Shown here: piece after piece, positions 1-8,010 of the stretch
Position numbering within the stretch: the stretch's first letter is position 1
Layout: every line of letters begins with the position of its first letter
Origin: Acidimicrobiales bacterium
GTDB taxonomy: Bacteria; Actinomycetota; Acidimicrobiia; Acidimicrobiales; Palsa-688
NCBI GenBank assembly: GCA_051000755.1
Contig: JBPCNZ010000128.1
Location: forward strand, 1-26,387
Direction of reading: 5' to 3'
Length of the DNA stretch: 26,387 nucleotides
Program-made: the position numbers and the translations under genes
The notes under the pieces: generated by a model
Told to the model about the DNA's origin: nothing
Seen by the model: only the letters and a program-made list of their open reading frames with translations
The model's database searches: none

Positions 1-117
1 CCCAGCAACTCCCTCGGACACTCGAACCGCTGCTGTCTCGGAGCCACACCCAACGCCATGACCAACGATTGCCAACCCAGCCCGCCAAGTGGTGGATCCC
101 GGGCGATTACTTCAGGC

Positions 118-130
118 GCCACCTAGGGTG
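118..130. promoter_or_regulatory. palindrome CCACC-tag-GGTGG followed by GCTCGAGC, ~45 nt upstream of the STAS gene
   Basis: Plus strand ccacctagggtggagctcgagccac, in the leader of the anti-sigma antagonist gene. Confidence 0.15.
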
Positions 131-170
131 GAGCTCGAGCCACGCTGGCAGAGAGAACGGGACGCTCTTC

Positions 171-512
171 ATGGCAGACAGCTACCTCCTGTCCCTCGGC
201 GGGTTGAAGGTCGGTTGGCAGCATCCCGATGGCGGAACGGCCCGGGTCCGCCTGCAGGGCGAGCTGGACAACCTGAGCGTCCCCGTGCTCCGCCAGACCG
301 TCGACACCCTCTACGCCGACGGTTGCTTCAAGATCACCTTGGACCTCGGCGACCTCACCTTCATCGATTCCAGCGGCCTGGGGGCCCTGGTCGCCGTGTG
401 GCGACGCTGCCAGAGTGGAGACGGCCGGGCGACGGTGGTCAACCCGTCGGACGCGGTGCGCCGACTGATGGACATGACCGGTATCTCCAGGTTCCTGATC
501 CCGGCCGAGTAG
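171..512 (+). CDS. STAS-domain anti-sigma factor antagonist (SpoIIAA/RsbV-like)
   Basis: ORF 69..512. The conserved core starts at Met-35 (ATG at 171): MADSYLLSLGG...LTFIDSSGLGALVAVW, a typical STAS phospho-acceptor region (DSSG). The segment upstream of Met-35 has no family similarity. Confidence 0.75.
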   Translation: MADSYLLSLGGLKVGWQHPDGGTARVRLQGELDNLSVPVLRQTVDTLYADGCFKITLDLGDLTFIDSSGLGALVAVWRRCQSGDGRATVVNPSDAVRRLMDMTGISRFLIPAE

Positions 513-555
513 GCCGGCACCGGTTCGCCACGTTCTCCCACCAGGGCGTGGGAGA

Positions 556-792
556 ATGACGCCCATGGATGGGGAGAGCGTGGTCGGAGCGGTCGGGCAC
601 ATCACGGTGCCGATCCCTGAAGGCGGCGCCGGAGAGGTCATGGTTGCCATCCGGGGCGGTTCGGAGGCCTTCGCAGCCTGGGCCGACGGGCCCGTCGCCA
701 AGCACACCCAGGTGCTGGTCATCGACCAGACCGCCCCCCGGTCGGTCACCGTCACCCCGTTCATCACCACACCTACCCTGTTGAAGGAGTGA
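556..792 (+). CDS. NfeD-like C-terminal OB-fold domain protein, short form lacking a membrane segment
   Basis: 78-aa ORF: HITVPIPEGGAGEVMVAIRGGSEAFAAW...VLVID resembles the beta-barrel (OB-fold) domain of NfeD/YuaF proteins that partner with flotillins. Its stop is 4 nt before the flotillin ATG. An alternative start at ATG 565 has better GGAG spacing. Confidence 0.55.
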   Translation: MTPMDGESVVGAVGHITVPIPEGGAGEVMVAIRGGSEAFAAWADGPVAKHTQVLVIDQTAPRSVTVTPFITTPTLLKE

Positions 793-796
793 CGGC

Positions 797-1981
797 ATGT
801 TCTTCTGGCATGTTCCCAAGCCGAACGAGGCGATCCTCATCTCCGGTTCCAAGCACCGCGATCCGGGTGGGCCTCAGTTCCGCATCGTCACCGGTCACGG
901 TTGCTTCGTCCTGCCGGTCAAGCAGCGGGCCAACATCCTCTCCCTGGCCCTGCGCGAGGCCGAGATCGTCGAGGAGTGCGTGAGCAAGCAGGGCATCCGC
1001 CTGCAGATGCGCGCCGTCGCCGTGTTCAAGGTAGGCGACGACCAGCAGTCGATCGCCAACGCCGGCCGTCGCTTCCTGAGCGAGCAGAACCGGATGGAGG
1101 AGCTGGTCGGCCGGATCTTCTCCGGGCACCTGCGTTCCATCGTCGGCGGCTTGACCGTGGAGGAGATCATCCGGGAGCGGGACCGGGTGTCGCAGGAGAT
1201 CAAGGATGGCAGTCACCCGGAGATGGAGAAGCTGGGCCTGGTCGTCGACAGCCTCCAGATCCAAGAGGTGGAGGACACCAGCGGCTACATCAACAATCTG
1301 GCCGCCCCCCACGCCGCGGCGGTGGCCAGCCAGGCCCGCATCGCCCAGGCCGGATCGGATCAGGCCGCAGCCGAGAGGGAGCAGGAGGCCGAGCGCAACA
1401 AGGCCGAATACGAGCGGCAGACCCGGGTGGCCCAGGCCGGCTACAAGGCCCAGGTCGACGAGGCCCAGGCCCAGGCGGCCCAGGCCGGACCTCTGTCGCA
1501 GGCCCGCGCCACCCAGCAGGTGATCGCCGAGCAGACGGCGCTGGCCGAGCGGGAGGCCGGCCTGGCCGCCCAGCGCCTGGTGGCGGAGATCGAGAAGCCC
1601 GCCGACGCCGAGGCCTACAAGGTGCGCAAGCTGGCCGAGGCCGAGCGCGACGCCATGCGCCTGCGGGCCGAGGGCCTCAGCGGCGGCAACCAGCAGCTCC
1701 TCGCGTCGAGCCTGCTCGTCAACCAGCTCCCCGAGCTGGTGGCCCGCTCTGCGGAAGCCCTGGAAGGGTCGAACCTGGTCGTCCTCAACGGCACCGAGGG
1801 CGTGAGCCAGGTCCTCTCCGGGGTGGCCGGGCAGGGCATGGCCATCCTCGACGTGCTGCGCCAAGGGCTGGGCCTCCCGCGGGGCCAGGAGACCGCAGAC
1901 GCCGCCGGGGAACGGCGGGACTCCCCCACCCCGGCCTCCCTGCCCCGATCAGGCAACGGGGACACCCAGACCGGCTCCTGA
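797..1981 (+). CDS. flotillin / SPFH (band 7) domain protein, FloT/YuaG-like
   Basis: 394 aa. PNEAILISGSK...FRIVTGHGCFVLPVKQRANILSL...GHLRSIVGGLTVEEI...GYINNLAAP aligns to the B. subtilis FloT SPFH domain. It is followed by Ala/Glu/Gln-rich coiled-coil (flotillin) repeats. GGAG lies 7 nt upstream of the ATG. An in-frame stop at 782 excludes an N-terminal extension. Confidence 0.9.
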   Translation: MFFWHVPKPNEAILISGSKHRDPGGPQFRIVTGHGCFVLPVKQRANILSLALREAEIVEECVSKQGIRLQMRAVAVFKVGDDQQSIANAGRRFLSEQNRMEELVGRIFSGHLRSIVGGLTVEEIIRERDRVSQEIKDGSHPEMEKLGLVVDSLQIQEVEDTSGYINNLAAPHAAAVASQARIAQAGSDQAAAEREQEAERNKAEYERQTRVAQAGYKAQVDEAQAQAAQAGPLSQARATQQVIAEQTALAEREAGLAAQRLVAEIEKPADAEAYKVRKLAEAERDAMRLRAEGLSGGNQQLLASSLLVNQLPELVARSAEALEGSNLVVLNGTEGVSQVLSGVAGQGMAILDVLRQGLGLPRGQETADAAGERRDSPTPASLPRSGNGDTQTGS

Positions 1982-2010
1982 GGGTCGGCCCGGCCCCGGA
2001 GGGTGCCGGC

Positions 2011-2054
2011 CCGCCTCACCACAAGCCGCCTCACCACAAGCCGCCTCACCACAG
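2011..2054. repeat. perfect 15-bp tandem repeat (ccgcctcaccacaag) x ~3 at the convergent flotillin/helicase junction
   Basis: Direct reading gives ccgcctcaccacaag | ccgcctcaccacaag | ccgcctcaccacag. The helicase TGA stop (2046-2048, minus strand) lies inside the third copy. Confidence 0.85.
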
Positions 2055-4160
2055 GGAGCCGAGGAACTCGTCGACCGCCCCGGCGACGACCGGGTGGTCC
2101 CCGCCGGCTCTCGGCGGCGCCGGGGACCGCACGGCCCGCTGATCGAGCAGGGGATCGACAGCGGGGGGAAGGAACCGGCTCCGCTGGGCCCAGCTGTGGC
2201 GATCACCCCGGCTCCGGGCTCCGCCGTGGTGGTAGCGCAGGGGGGCGTAGAGGTGGAGCTGGTCCTGGGCCCGGGTCAGGGCGACATAGAACAGCCGTCG
2301 TTCCTCGTCGATCCCGTCGGCGCCGCCGGTAGCCAGGTCGGAGGGGAACATCCCGTCGGCGGCGTGGATGATGTGCACCACCCGCCACTCGCCCCCCTTG
2401 GCGGAGTGGACCGTGGAGAGGGTCAGCCAGTCGTCGTCGAGGTGCGGCGGGCCGGCCAGGTCGCCGGTCGACGACGGGGGGCCGAGAGCCAGGTCGGCGA
2501 TCAGGGCCGGGCGCGACAGCCCGGCGCCGGTGGCCGCCGCCAGAGCCGAGTAATCCCGCATGCGCACGTCGGCGCGGTCGTAACGCCGCCGGATCAGCGG
2601 ATCGAGGGCCACGGCCAGGCGCTCGACCTGGGCGCCGGCGGCCAACCCGGGCCGGCGGCAGTCATCGAGGGCCGCAACCAGGCCGTCCAGCTCGTCGGCC
2701 GGAGCTCTCAACCGGGGCCGGTCAGGGCCGACGAACACCGAGACCGGGTCGGCCCCCGCCGGCCGGATCAGGCGGGGCCGGACACCGAGCTCGGCGAGGA
2801 GCCGGTTGACGGCGGCCGGCCCGACGCCGTCGAGGAGACCCAGGACCCGGGGCCAGGCCAGCTCGTCCCAGGGGTTGTCGAGGATGCGGAGGCAGGCCGC
2901 CAGATCCCGGACGTGGGCGGCCTCGACGAAGCGCAGACCGCCGAACTTCACGAAGGGCAGGTGACGGCGGTGCAACTCCAACTCGAGGAGGTCGGTGTGG
3001 TGAAAGGCGCGGGCCAGCACGGCCTGGTCGTGCAGTGCCACCCCCCGCTCGTAGTGCTCGACGATGACATCGCACACGGCGTCGACCTGGGTGGCCTCGT
3101 CGGCACAGGTGGCGAGCACCGGCCGCCGTCCCCCCCGACGAGTCGTCCACAGCTGCTTGGAGTGGCCCTCGGTCATGTCGGCGAGGACGGCGTTGGCCAG
3201 ATCGAGGGTGGGCTGGGTGGAGCGGTAGTTCTGCTCGAGGACCACGGTGGTGGCCCCCACGAAACGGTCGGAGAAGTCCAACAGGTTCCGGACGCTGGCC
3301 GAGCGGAACCCGTAGATGGCCTGGGCGTCGTCGCCCACGACGGTCAGGGCCGCCCCCGCCCCGCCGTCCACCGGGGCGCACAGGCCGGCGAGGATGTCGG
3401 CCTGGATGCCGTTGGTGTCCTGGTACTCGTCGACAAGGACGTGGTCGTAGAGCCGGGCCAGGGCCGGACCGAGAGTCGGATGGGTGGTGGCCGCCCGCCA
3501 GAACAGCAGGAGGTCGTCGAAGTCGACCAGGCCGGCCGCCCGCTTGCGCGCGGTGTAGGCCCCGAAGATGGCGGCGATGGTCCCCACGTCCTGGCCACAC
3601 CAGGGAAAGGCGCTCCCGACGACGTCGGCCAGCGGGGCGCCGGCATTGACCACCCGGGAGTAGATCGAGGCCAGGGTCTGGGCCTTGGGGAAGCGAGCGC
3701 GGCCGTCCCCAGCCGGGGCGTCGGTCGCCCGCACGTCGGCTCGCACCAGGCCCATCAGGTCGGTGGCGTCGCCGGCATCGATGACGGTCCACTCCTCGCC
3801 CAGGCCGACGGCGGCGCCGTGGACCCGCAGGAGGCGGTGGGCGACCGCGTGGAAGGTCCCCGCCTCCACCCGCCGGGCCACGCCCCCATCGGTGAGGGAC
3901 CCGGTCCGGCGCACCATCTCATCGGCCGCCCGCCGGCTGAAGGTCAGCAGGGCGATGCGCTCGGGGGCCACCCCCTCGGCCAGAAGTCGGGCCAGGCGGG
4001 CCACCAGGGTCCTGGTCTTGCCCGTCCCCGCCCCGGCGACGACGAGCAGCGGGCCCCCATCGTGGTCCACGGCCTGCCGTTGCGCCCCGTTGAGCCCGTC
4101 CGCCCACGCGGGGCGGTCCGGGGCGATCACGTCGGTCACCCCAGCAGCGTACCGCAGCAT
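2046..4160 (-). CDS. ATP-dependent DNA helicase, UvrD/PcrA (SF1A) family
   Basis: 704 aa. N-terminus LNGAQRQAVDHDGGPLLVVAGAGTGKTRTL (Walker A, helicase motif I). DEYQDTN (motif II). VGDDAQAIYGFRSA (motif III). Full UvrD-like 1A/2A architecture. An alternative GTG start at 4139 is possible because the LexA box abuts ATG 4160. Confidence 0.9.
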   Translation of the reverse strand: MLRYAAGVTDVIAPDRPAWADGLNGAQRQAVDHDGGPLLVVAGAGTGKTRTLVARLARLLAEGVAPERIALLTFSRRAADEMVRRTGSLTDGGVARRVEAGTFHAVAHRLLRVHGAAVGLGEEWTVIDAGDATDLMGLVRADVRATDAPAGDGRARFPKAQTLASIYSRVVNAGAPLADVVGSAFPWCGQDVGTIAAIFGAYTARKRAAGLVDFDDLLLFWRAATTHPTLGPALARLYDHVLVDEYQDTNGIQADILAGLCAPVDGGAGAALTVVGDDAQAIYGFRSASVRNLLDFSDRFVGATTVVLEQNYRSTQPTLDLANAVLADMTEGHSKQLWTTRRGGRRPVLATCADEATQVDAVCDVIVEHYERGVALHDQAVLARAFHHTDLLELELHRRHLPFVKFGGLRFVEAAHVRDLAACLRILDNPWDELAWPRVLGLLDGVGPAAVNRLLAELGVRPRLIRPAGADPVSVFVGPDRPRLRAPADELDGLVAALDDCRRPGLAAGAQVERLAVALDPLIRRRYDRADVRMRDYSALAAATGAGLSRPALIADLALGPPSSTGDLAGPPHLDDDWLTLSTVHSAKGGEWRVVHIIHAADGMFPSDLATGGADGIDEERRLFYVALTRAQDQLHLYAPLRYHHGGARSRGDRHSWAQRSRFLPPAVDPLLDQRAVRSPAPPRAGGDHPVVAGAVDEFLGSLW

Positions 4161-4174
4161 CGAACGTGCGTTCG
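4161..4174. promoter_or_regulatory. LexA (SOS) box of Gram-positive/actinobacterial Cheo type: CGAAC-gtgc-GTTCG
   Basis: It exactly fits GAAC-N4-GTTC and the mycobacterial TCGAAC-N4-GTTCGA consensus. This is the only such site in the 26-kb window. It sits in the divergent region between the UvrD-like helicase (minus) and maf (plus). Confidence 0.6.
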
Positions 4175-4228
4175 CTACGTCGGGGGGGCGGGCCGGTCAG
4201 GGCCTTCGGGATGGCACCATGGTGGGCC

Positions 4229-4858
4229 ATGCCCCCGCCTCCCCCGGCCCTCGTCCTCGCGTCGCAGTCGCCCTCCCGGCTGCGGCTGCTGCGGGACGCC
4301 GGGATCGAGCCAGAGGTCGAGGTCAGCGGCGTGCCCGAGGATGACATCGACCCCGCCCGGCCCCGGGACCTGGTGGCCACCCTGGCCCGGCGCAAGGCGA
4401 CCGCCGTCGCCGGCCACCGATCGGTGGGTCTGGTCCTCGGCTGCGATTCCGCTCTCGAGCTCGACGGGATCGGCCACGGCAAGCCGGCCGGTACCGCAGA
4501 GGCGGCGCAGCGGTGGCGGCGCATGAGCGGCTCGGAGGGCGTGCTCCACACCGGTCACTGCCTGATCGACGCGGCCACGGGGCGGATGGTGGAGGGGGTG
4601 GCGTCGACCGTCGTCCACTTCGCCCGGGTCGACGAGGACGACATCGACGCCTACGTCCGGTCGGGGGAACCACTCACCGTCGCCGGCGCCTTCACCCTCG
4701 ACGGCCTGTCCGCTCCCTTCATCGACCGTGTCGACGGCGACCCGAGCAACGTCATCGGGCTGTCCCTGCCGCTGCTGCGCATCCTGCTGGGCGACCTCGG
4801 GGTGGCCATCACCAGCCTGTGGAACCGGGTCCCGCACCCGGCCGGCGGCCACCGGTGA
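4229..4858 (+). CDS. maf: Maf-like nucleoside triphosphate pyrophosphatase (septum formation protein Maf)
   Basis: ORF 4166..4858. LVLASQSPSRLRLL...VLGCDSALELDG...GKPAGTAEA...HTGHCLID...AGAFTLDGLSAPFIDRVDGDPSNVIGLSLPLL aligns end-to-end to E. coli YhdE/Maf. The start is chosen at ATG 4229 (MPPPPPALVLAS). ATG 4211 is also possible. Confidence 0.85.
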   Translation: MPPPPPALVLASQSPSRLRLLRDAGIEPEVEVSGVPEDDIDPARPRDLVATLARRKATAVAGHRSVGLVLGCDSALELDGIGHGKPAGTAEAAQRWRRMSGSEGVLHTGHCLIDAATGRMVEGVASTVVHFARVDEDDIDAYVRSGEPLTVAGAFTLDGLSAPFIDRVDGDPSNVIGLSLPLLRILLGDLGVAITSLWNRVPHPAGGHR

Positions 4859-4863
4859 CGGGC

Positions 4864-6003
4864 ATGACGACGGTGGCGACCGCCACCGGGCCGCTGCGGA
4901 TCCGGACGCTGGTCCTGGACCTCCCCGTCGTCCTGGCCCCGATGGCCGGGGTCACCACCAGCGCCTTCCGTCGGCTGTGCGCCGGTTTCGGCGCCGGCCT
5001 GTACGTCAGTGAGATGGTCACGGCGCGGGCCCTGGTCGAGGGCAACGCCAGGACCATGCGGATGATCGGCTTCCGTCCCGACGAGGCCGTGCGCAGCGTC
5101 CAGCTCTACGGGGTGGACCCCGCCGTCGTCGGCCGCGCCGTGGACCGGCTGGTCGACGAGATCGGGGTGGACCACATCGATCTCAACTTCGGCTGCCCGG
5201 CGCCCAAGGTGACCAAGAAGGGCGGCGGGGCCGCCCTTCCCATTCACCGCCGGCTGTTGGCGGCGGTGGTCGGCAACGCCGTCCGCCACGCCGGCGCCGT
5301 CCCCGTCACCGTCAAGATGCGGATCGGGACCGACGCCCAACACCGGACCGCGGTGGCGTCGGGGCGGATCGCCGAAGACGAGGGGGCGGCGGCGGTCACC
5401 CTCCATGCCCGCACCGCAGAGCAGCTCTACTCGGGGCAGGCCGACTGGGCGGCCATCGCGGAGCTGAAGCAGGCGGTCACGACCATCCCGGTGCTCGGCA
5501 ACGGAGACATCTGGGAGGGCTCCGATGCCCTGGCCATGATGGAGGCGACCGGCTGCGACGGTGTGGTCATCGGGCGGGGCTGCCTGGGCCGACCCTGGCT
5601 GTTCGCCGAGCTGGCCGATGTTTTCGCCGGCCGGCCGCCCCGTCCCCATCCCCCTCTCGGCGTCGTCGCCGAGACCATCGGCCGTCACGGCCGGATGCTG
5701 GTGGAGGACCACGGGGAGCAGCTGGCCATGCGCGAGCTGCGCAAGCACATCGGCTGGTACCTCACGGGGTTCGCGGTGGGCGGGGCCGCCCGTCGCGACC
5801 TGGCCCTGGTGTCGTCCCTGGCCGAGCTGGACGACCGGCTGGGCGCCCTCGAGCCCGGCCTGACCCTTCCCCCCGGGGCCCACCGGCTCCCCCGGGGCCA
5901 CACCAACGGCCCCCGGCCCGTCGCCCTGCCCGCGGGCTGGCTCGACGATCCCGACGATCCCCGGCCCCCGGCCGGCGCCGACGCCTTCGTGTCCGGCGGC
6001 TGA
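4864..6003 (+). CDS. dus: tRNA-dihydrouridine synthase (Dus family, DusB-like)
   Basis: LVLAPMAGVTTSAFRRLC...IDLNFGCPAPKVTKKGGGAAL...VTVKMRIG...LGNGDI are hallmark Dus FMN/TIM-barrel motifs. ATG 4864 follows the maf stop (4856-4858) after 5 nt. The long 5' part of ORF 4513.. is out-of-gene read-through in GC-rich DNA. Confidence 0.9.
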   Translation: MTTVATATGPLRIRTLVLDLPVVLAPMAGVTTSAFRRLCAGFGAGLYVSEMVTARALVEGNARTMRMIGFRPDEAVRSVQLYGVDPAVVGRAVDRLVDEIGVDHIDLNFGCPAPKVTKKGGGAALPIHRRLLAAVVGNAVRHAGAVPVTVKMRIGTDAQHRTAVASGRIAEDEGAAAVTLHARTAEQLYSGQADWAAIAELKQAVTTIPVLGNGDIWEGSDALAMMEATGCDGVVIGRGCLGRPWLFAELADVFAGRPPRPHPPLGVVAETIGRHGRMLVEDHGEQLAMRELRKHIGWYLTGFAVGGAARRDLALVSSLAELDDRLGALEPGLTLPPGAHRLPRGHTNGPRPVALPAGWLDDPDDPRPPAGADAFVSGG

Positions 6004-6020
6004 GCAGAGGTGCCTCTTCG

Positions 6021-6389
6021 ATGCCGGTGAGCTTCCGCGAGCGGGTGACGGCGGTGATCGTCGCCCTGGACGCCGGCCAGGTCGTGTCCTACGGCGACGT
6101 GGCCGCCGAGGCCGGCTACCCGGGAGCAGGGCGCGGCGTGGGGTCGGTGCTGGCCCACAGCGACGGGTTGCCCTGGTGGCGGGTGGTCACGGTCAACGGT
6201 CGCCTGGTACCGGGCCACGAGGCCGAGCAGACGCGGCGCCTGCGGGCCGAGGGTGTCGCCATCACCGACGGCCGGGTTCAGGTCACGCCCCGCAGCCCTG
6301 CCCGAGCAGCCCGTGACCGTTCCCGTATGCTCTCTTCGATGCCAGCCCAGTCTGCCCTCTCCGGGGACGCCTCCCCTGCGGGGCACTAG
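6021..6389 (+). CDS. alkyltransferase-like protein (ATL; MGMT DNA-binding-domain protein lacking the active-site Cys)
   Basis: SYGDVAAEAGYPGAGRGVGSVLA...LPWWRVVTVNGRL...QTRRLRAEGV aligns to E. coli YbaZ/Atl (TYGDVAKLAGSPRAARQVGGVL...LPWHRVV...QRQALLAEGV). The canonical PCHRV Cys is replaced by Trp (PWWRV). This is the defining ATL feature. Confidence 0.85.
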   Translation: MPVSFRERVTAVIVALDAGQVVSYGDVAAEAGYPGAGRGVGSVLAHSDGLPWWRVVTVNGRLVPGHEAEQTRRLRAEGVAITDGRVQVTPRSPARAARDRSRMLSSMPAQSALSGDASPAGH

Positions 6390-7190
6390 GTGGCGTTGAC
6401 CGCCAGGGACCTCCCGGCCTCGCCCGTGGCCGTCACGGTCATCGTGCCCACCCGCAACGAGTCACCCAACGTCGAGCTGCTCGTCGACCGCCTGACCAAG
6501 GCCCTCGGCACCAGCGGCGATTGGGAGCTGCTCTTCGTCGACGACTCCGACGACGATACCCCCCAGGCCATCGCCGCCCAGCGCCACCCGCAGCGGACCA
6601 TCCGGCTCCACCACCGGCCCGCGGGTCGCCGTCCGGGCGGGCTGGGCGGCGCCGTGCAGGACGGCTTCGCGGCGGCCAGCGGCGAGGTCATCGTGGTCAT
6701 GGACGCCGACCTCCAGCATCCTCCCGAGATCGTGCCGGCGCTGGTCACCGCCATCCAGGCCGGCGAGGCCGATCTGGTGGTCGGGACCCGCTTCGCCGAC
6801 GCCGGGGAGAGCGCCGGGCTCTCGGGCCCGTGGCGCCGGGCCGTGTCGTCGTCCAGTCGCCGGTTGGTCCACGCCCTTATCCCCCGCTCCCGCCCCCTGA
6901 CCGACCCCCTGAGCGGGCTGTTCGCCTTCGAGCGCTCCGTGATCGAGGGCGTGACTCTCGAGGCCAACGGGTTCAAGATCCTGCTCGAGGTGGTGGCCCT
7001 CGGTCACTGGCACCGAGCCGTCAACCTAGCCTACCGCTTCGACCGGCGCCACGCCGGTCGCAGCAAGGCCAGCCTGCACGAGGGCTGGCTGTTCAGCCAG
7101 CACCTGGCCCGCCTGGCTCAGCGCCACCGTCACGTCGACGGCCTCCCGCCCGTCATCGAGCGAAGCGACGCTGACCTCCCCATCAGCTGA
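6390..7190 (+). CDS. GT2 glycosyltransferase, polyprenol/dolichol-phosphate mannosyltransferase-like (Ppm1/DPM1-like)
   Basis: VTVIVPTRNESPNV...LLFVDDSDDDTP...VIVVMDADLQHPPE...VVGTRF...DPLSGLFAFERSV are GT2 DxD/DAD motifs of the Dpm1/GtrB clade. The GTG start immediately follows the ATL stop (TAG 6387-6389). Confidence 0.85.
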   Translation: MALTARDLPASPVAVTVIVPTRNESPNVELLVDRLTKALGTSGDWELLFVDDSDDDTPQAIAAQRHPQRTIRLHHRPAGRRPGGLGGAVQDGFAAASGEVIVVMDADLQHPPEIVPALVTAIQAGEADLVVGTRFADAGESAGLSGPWRRAVSSSSRRLVHALIPRSRPLTDPLSGLFAFERSVIEGVTLEANGFKILLEVVALGHWHRAVNLAYRFDRRHAGRSKASLHEGWLFSQHLARLAQRHRHVDGLPPVIERSDADLPIS

Positions 7191-7197
7191 AGCTCCC

Positions 7198-7997
7198 ATG
7201 ACGGCCGATCCTGAACCTCCCGTGAGCGTGTCCTTCGCCGCCATGATGGACCTCAGTCCCCACGACCCCGACACGTTCGTCGGAACCGGACCCCGGTACC
7301 CGTGGGGCGGCCTGTACGGGGGCCAGATCGTCGCTCAGGGCCTTCGCGCCGCAGCAATGACCGTGGACCCCGATGTCAGGGTCCATTCCCTCCACGCCTA
7401 TTTCATCCGGCGGGGCGATGCCACCGAGCCCATCCGCTTCGAGGTGGACCGGCTGCGCGACGGGAGGTCCTTCACCACCCGTGCCGTCGTCGCCCGCCAG
7501 GCCGGCGGGGCCATCTTGAACATGTCAGCGTCGTTTCAGCGCTCCGGGCCGACCGAGCAGGTCCAGACGGCCACCCCGCCCGACGTGGCCAGCCCCGAGG
7601 GCCTCGAGCGCGACGGGTGGGCCCCGATCATCGAGCGGTCGCTGCTCCCGGTCGAGCCGGGCCGGTCGGCGGCGTGGATGCGCATCCCGGGCCTGGACGA
7701 CGACCCGGTGCTCGGCGCCTGCGCCCTGGCTTACCTCTCCGACGATCTGGCCACCGACGCGGTGAGCTCGCTGCACGGTCGGGAGACCGGCGAGGGGCCC
7801 GACGCGTGGATCGGGATCAGCCTGGACCACGCCATCTGGTTCCAGGGTCCGCTCGTGCGTCGGACTGGCAGCTGCACCACTTCCGGGCCGACGCCCTGCT
7901 CGCGCCCCGCGGCCTGGCCGTCGGCCACATCTTCGACCGGTCCGGCAACCACCGCGCCACCGTCTCCCAGGAGGTCCTCCTGCGCCGAGCGGGCTGA
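7198..7997 (+). pseudogene. tesB: acyl-CoA thioesterase II (TesB) with an apparent -1 frameshift near 7861-7863
   Basis: Frame 1 (7198..) matches TesB through ...ISLDHAIWFQGPLVRR. The C-terminus ...DWQLHHFRADALLAPRGLAVGHIFDRSGNHRATVSQEVLLRR (= TesB ...[21 protein letters not shown]...) continues in frame 3 and ends at 7997. One base appears to be missing in a short G run (cgtcgg/actgg). Confidence 0.75.
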
Positions 7998-8010
7998 GCT
8001 CGCCGGGGCC

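Noticed and set aside
773-1864. 363-aa minus-strand ORF antisense to the flotillin gene
   Set aside because: Gly/Leu/Asp/His-rich low-complexity translation typical of the reverse frame of GC-rich coding DNA. The plus-strand flotillin homology is unambiguous.
2094-4526. 810-aa plus-strand ORF overlapping the whole UvrD-like helicase
   Set aside because: Antisense shadow ORF (Gly/Pro/Arg-rich, no domain signal). The helicase motifs are on the minus strand.
4651-5901. 416-aa minus-strand ORF over dus
   Set aside because: Shadow ORF opposite a clearly conserved Dus gene.
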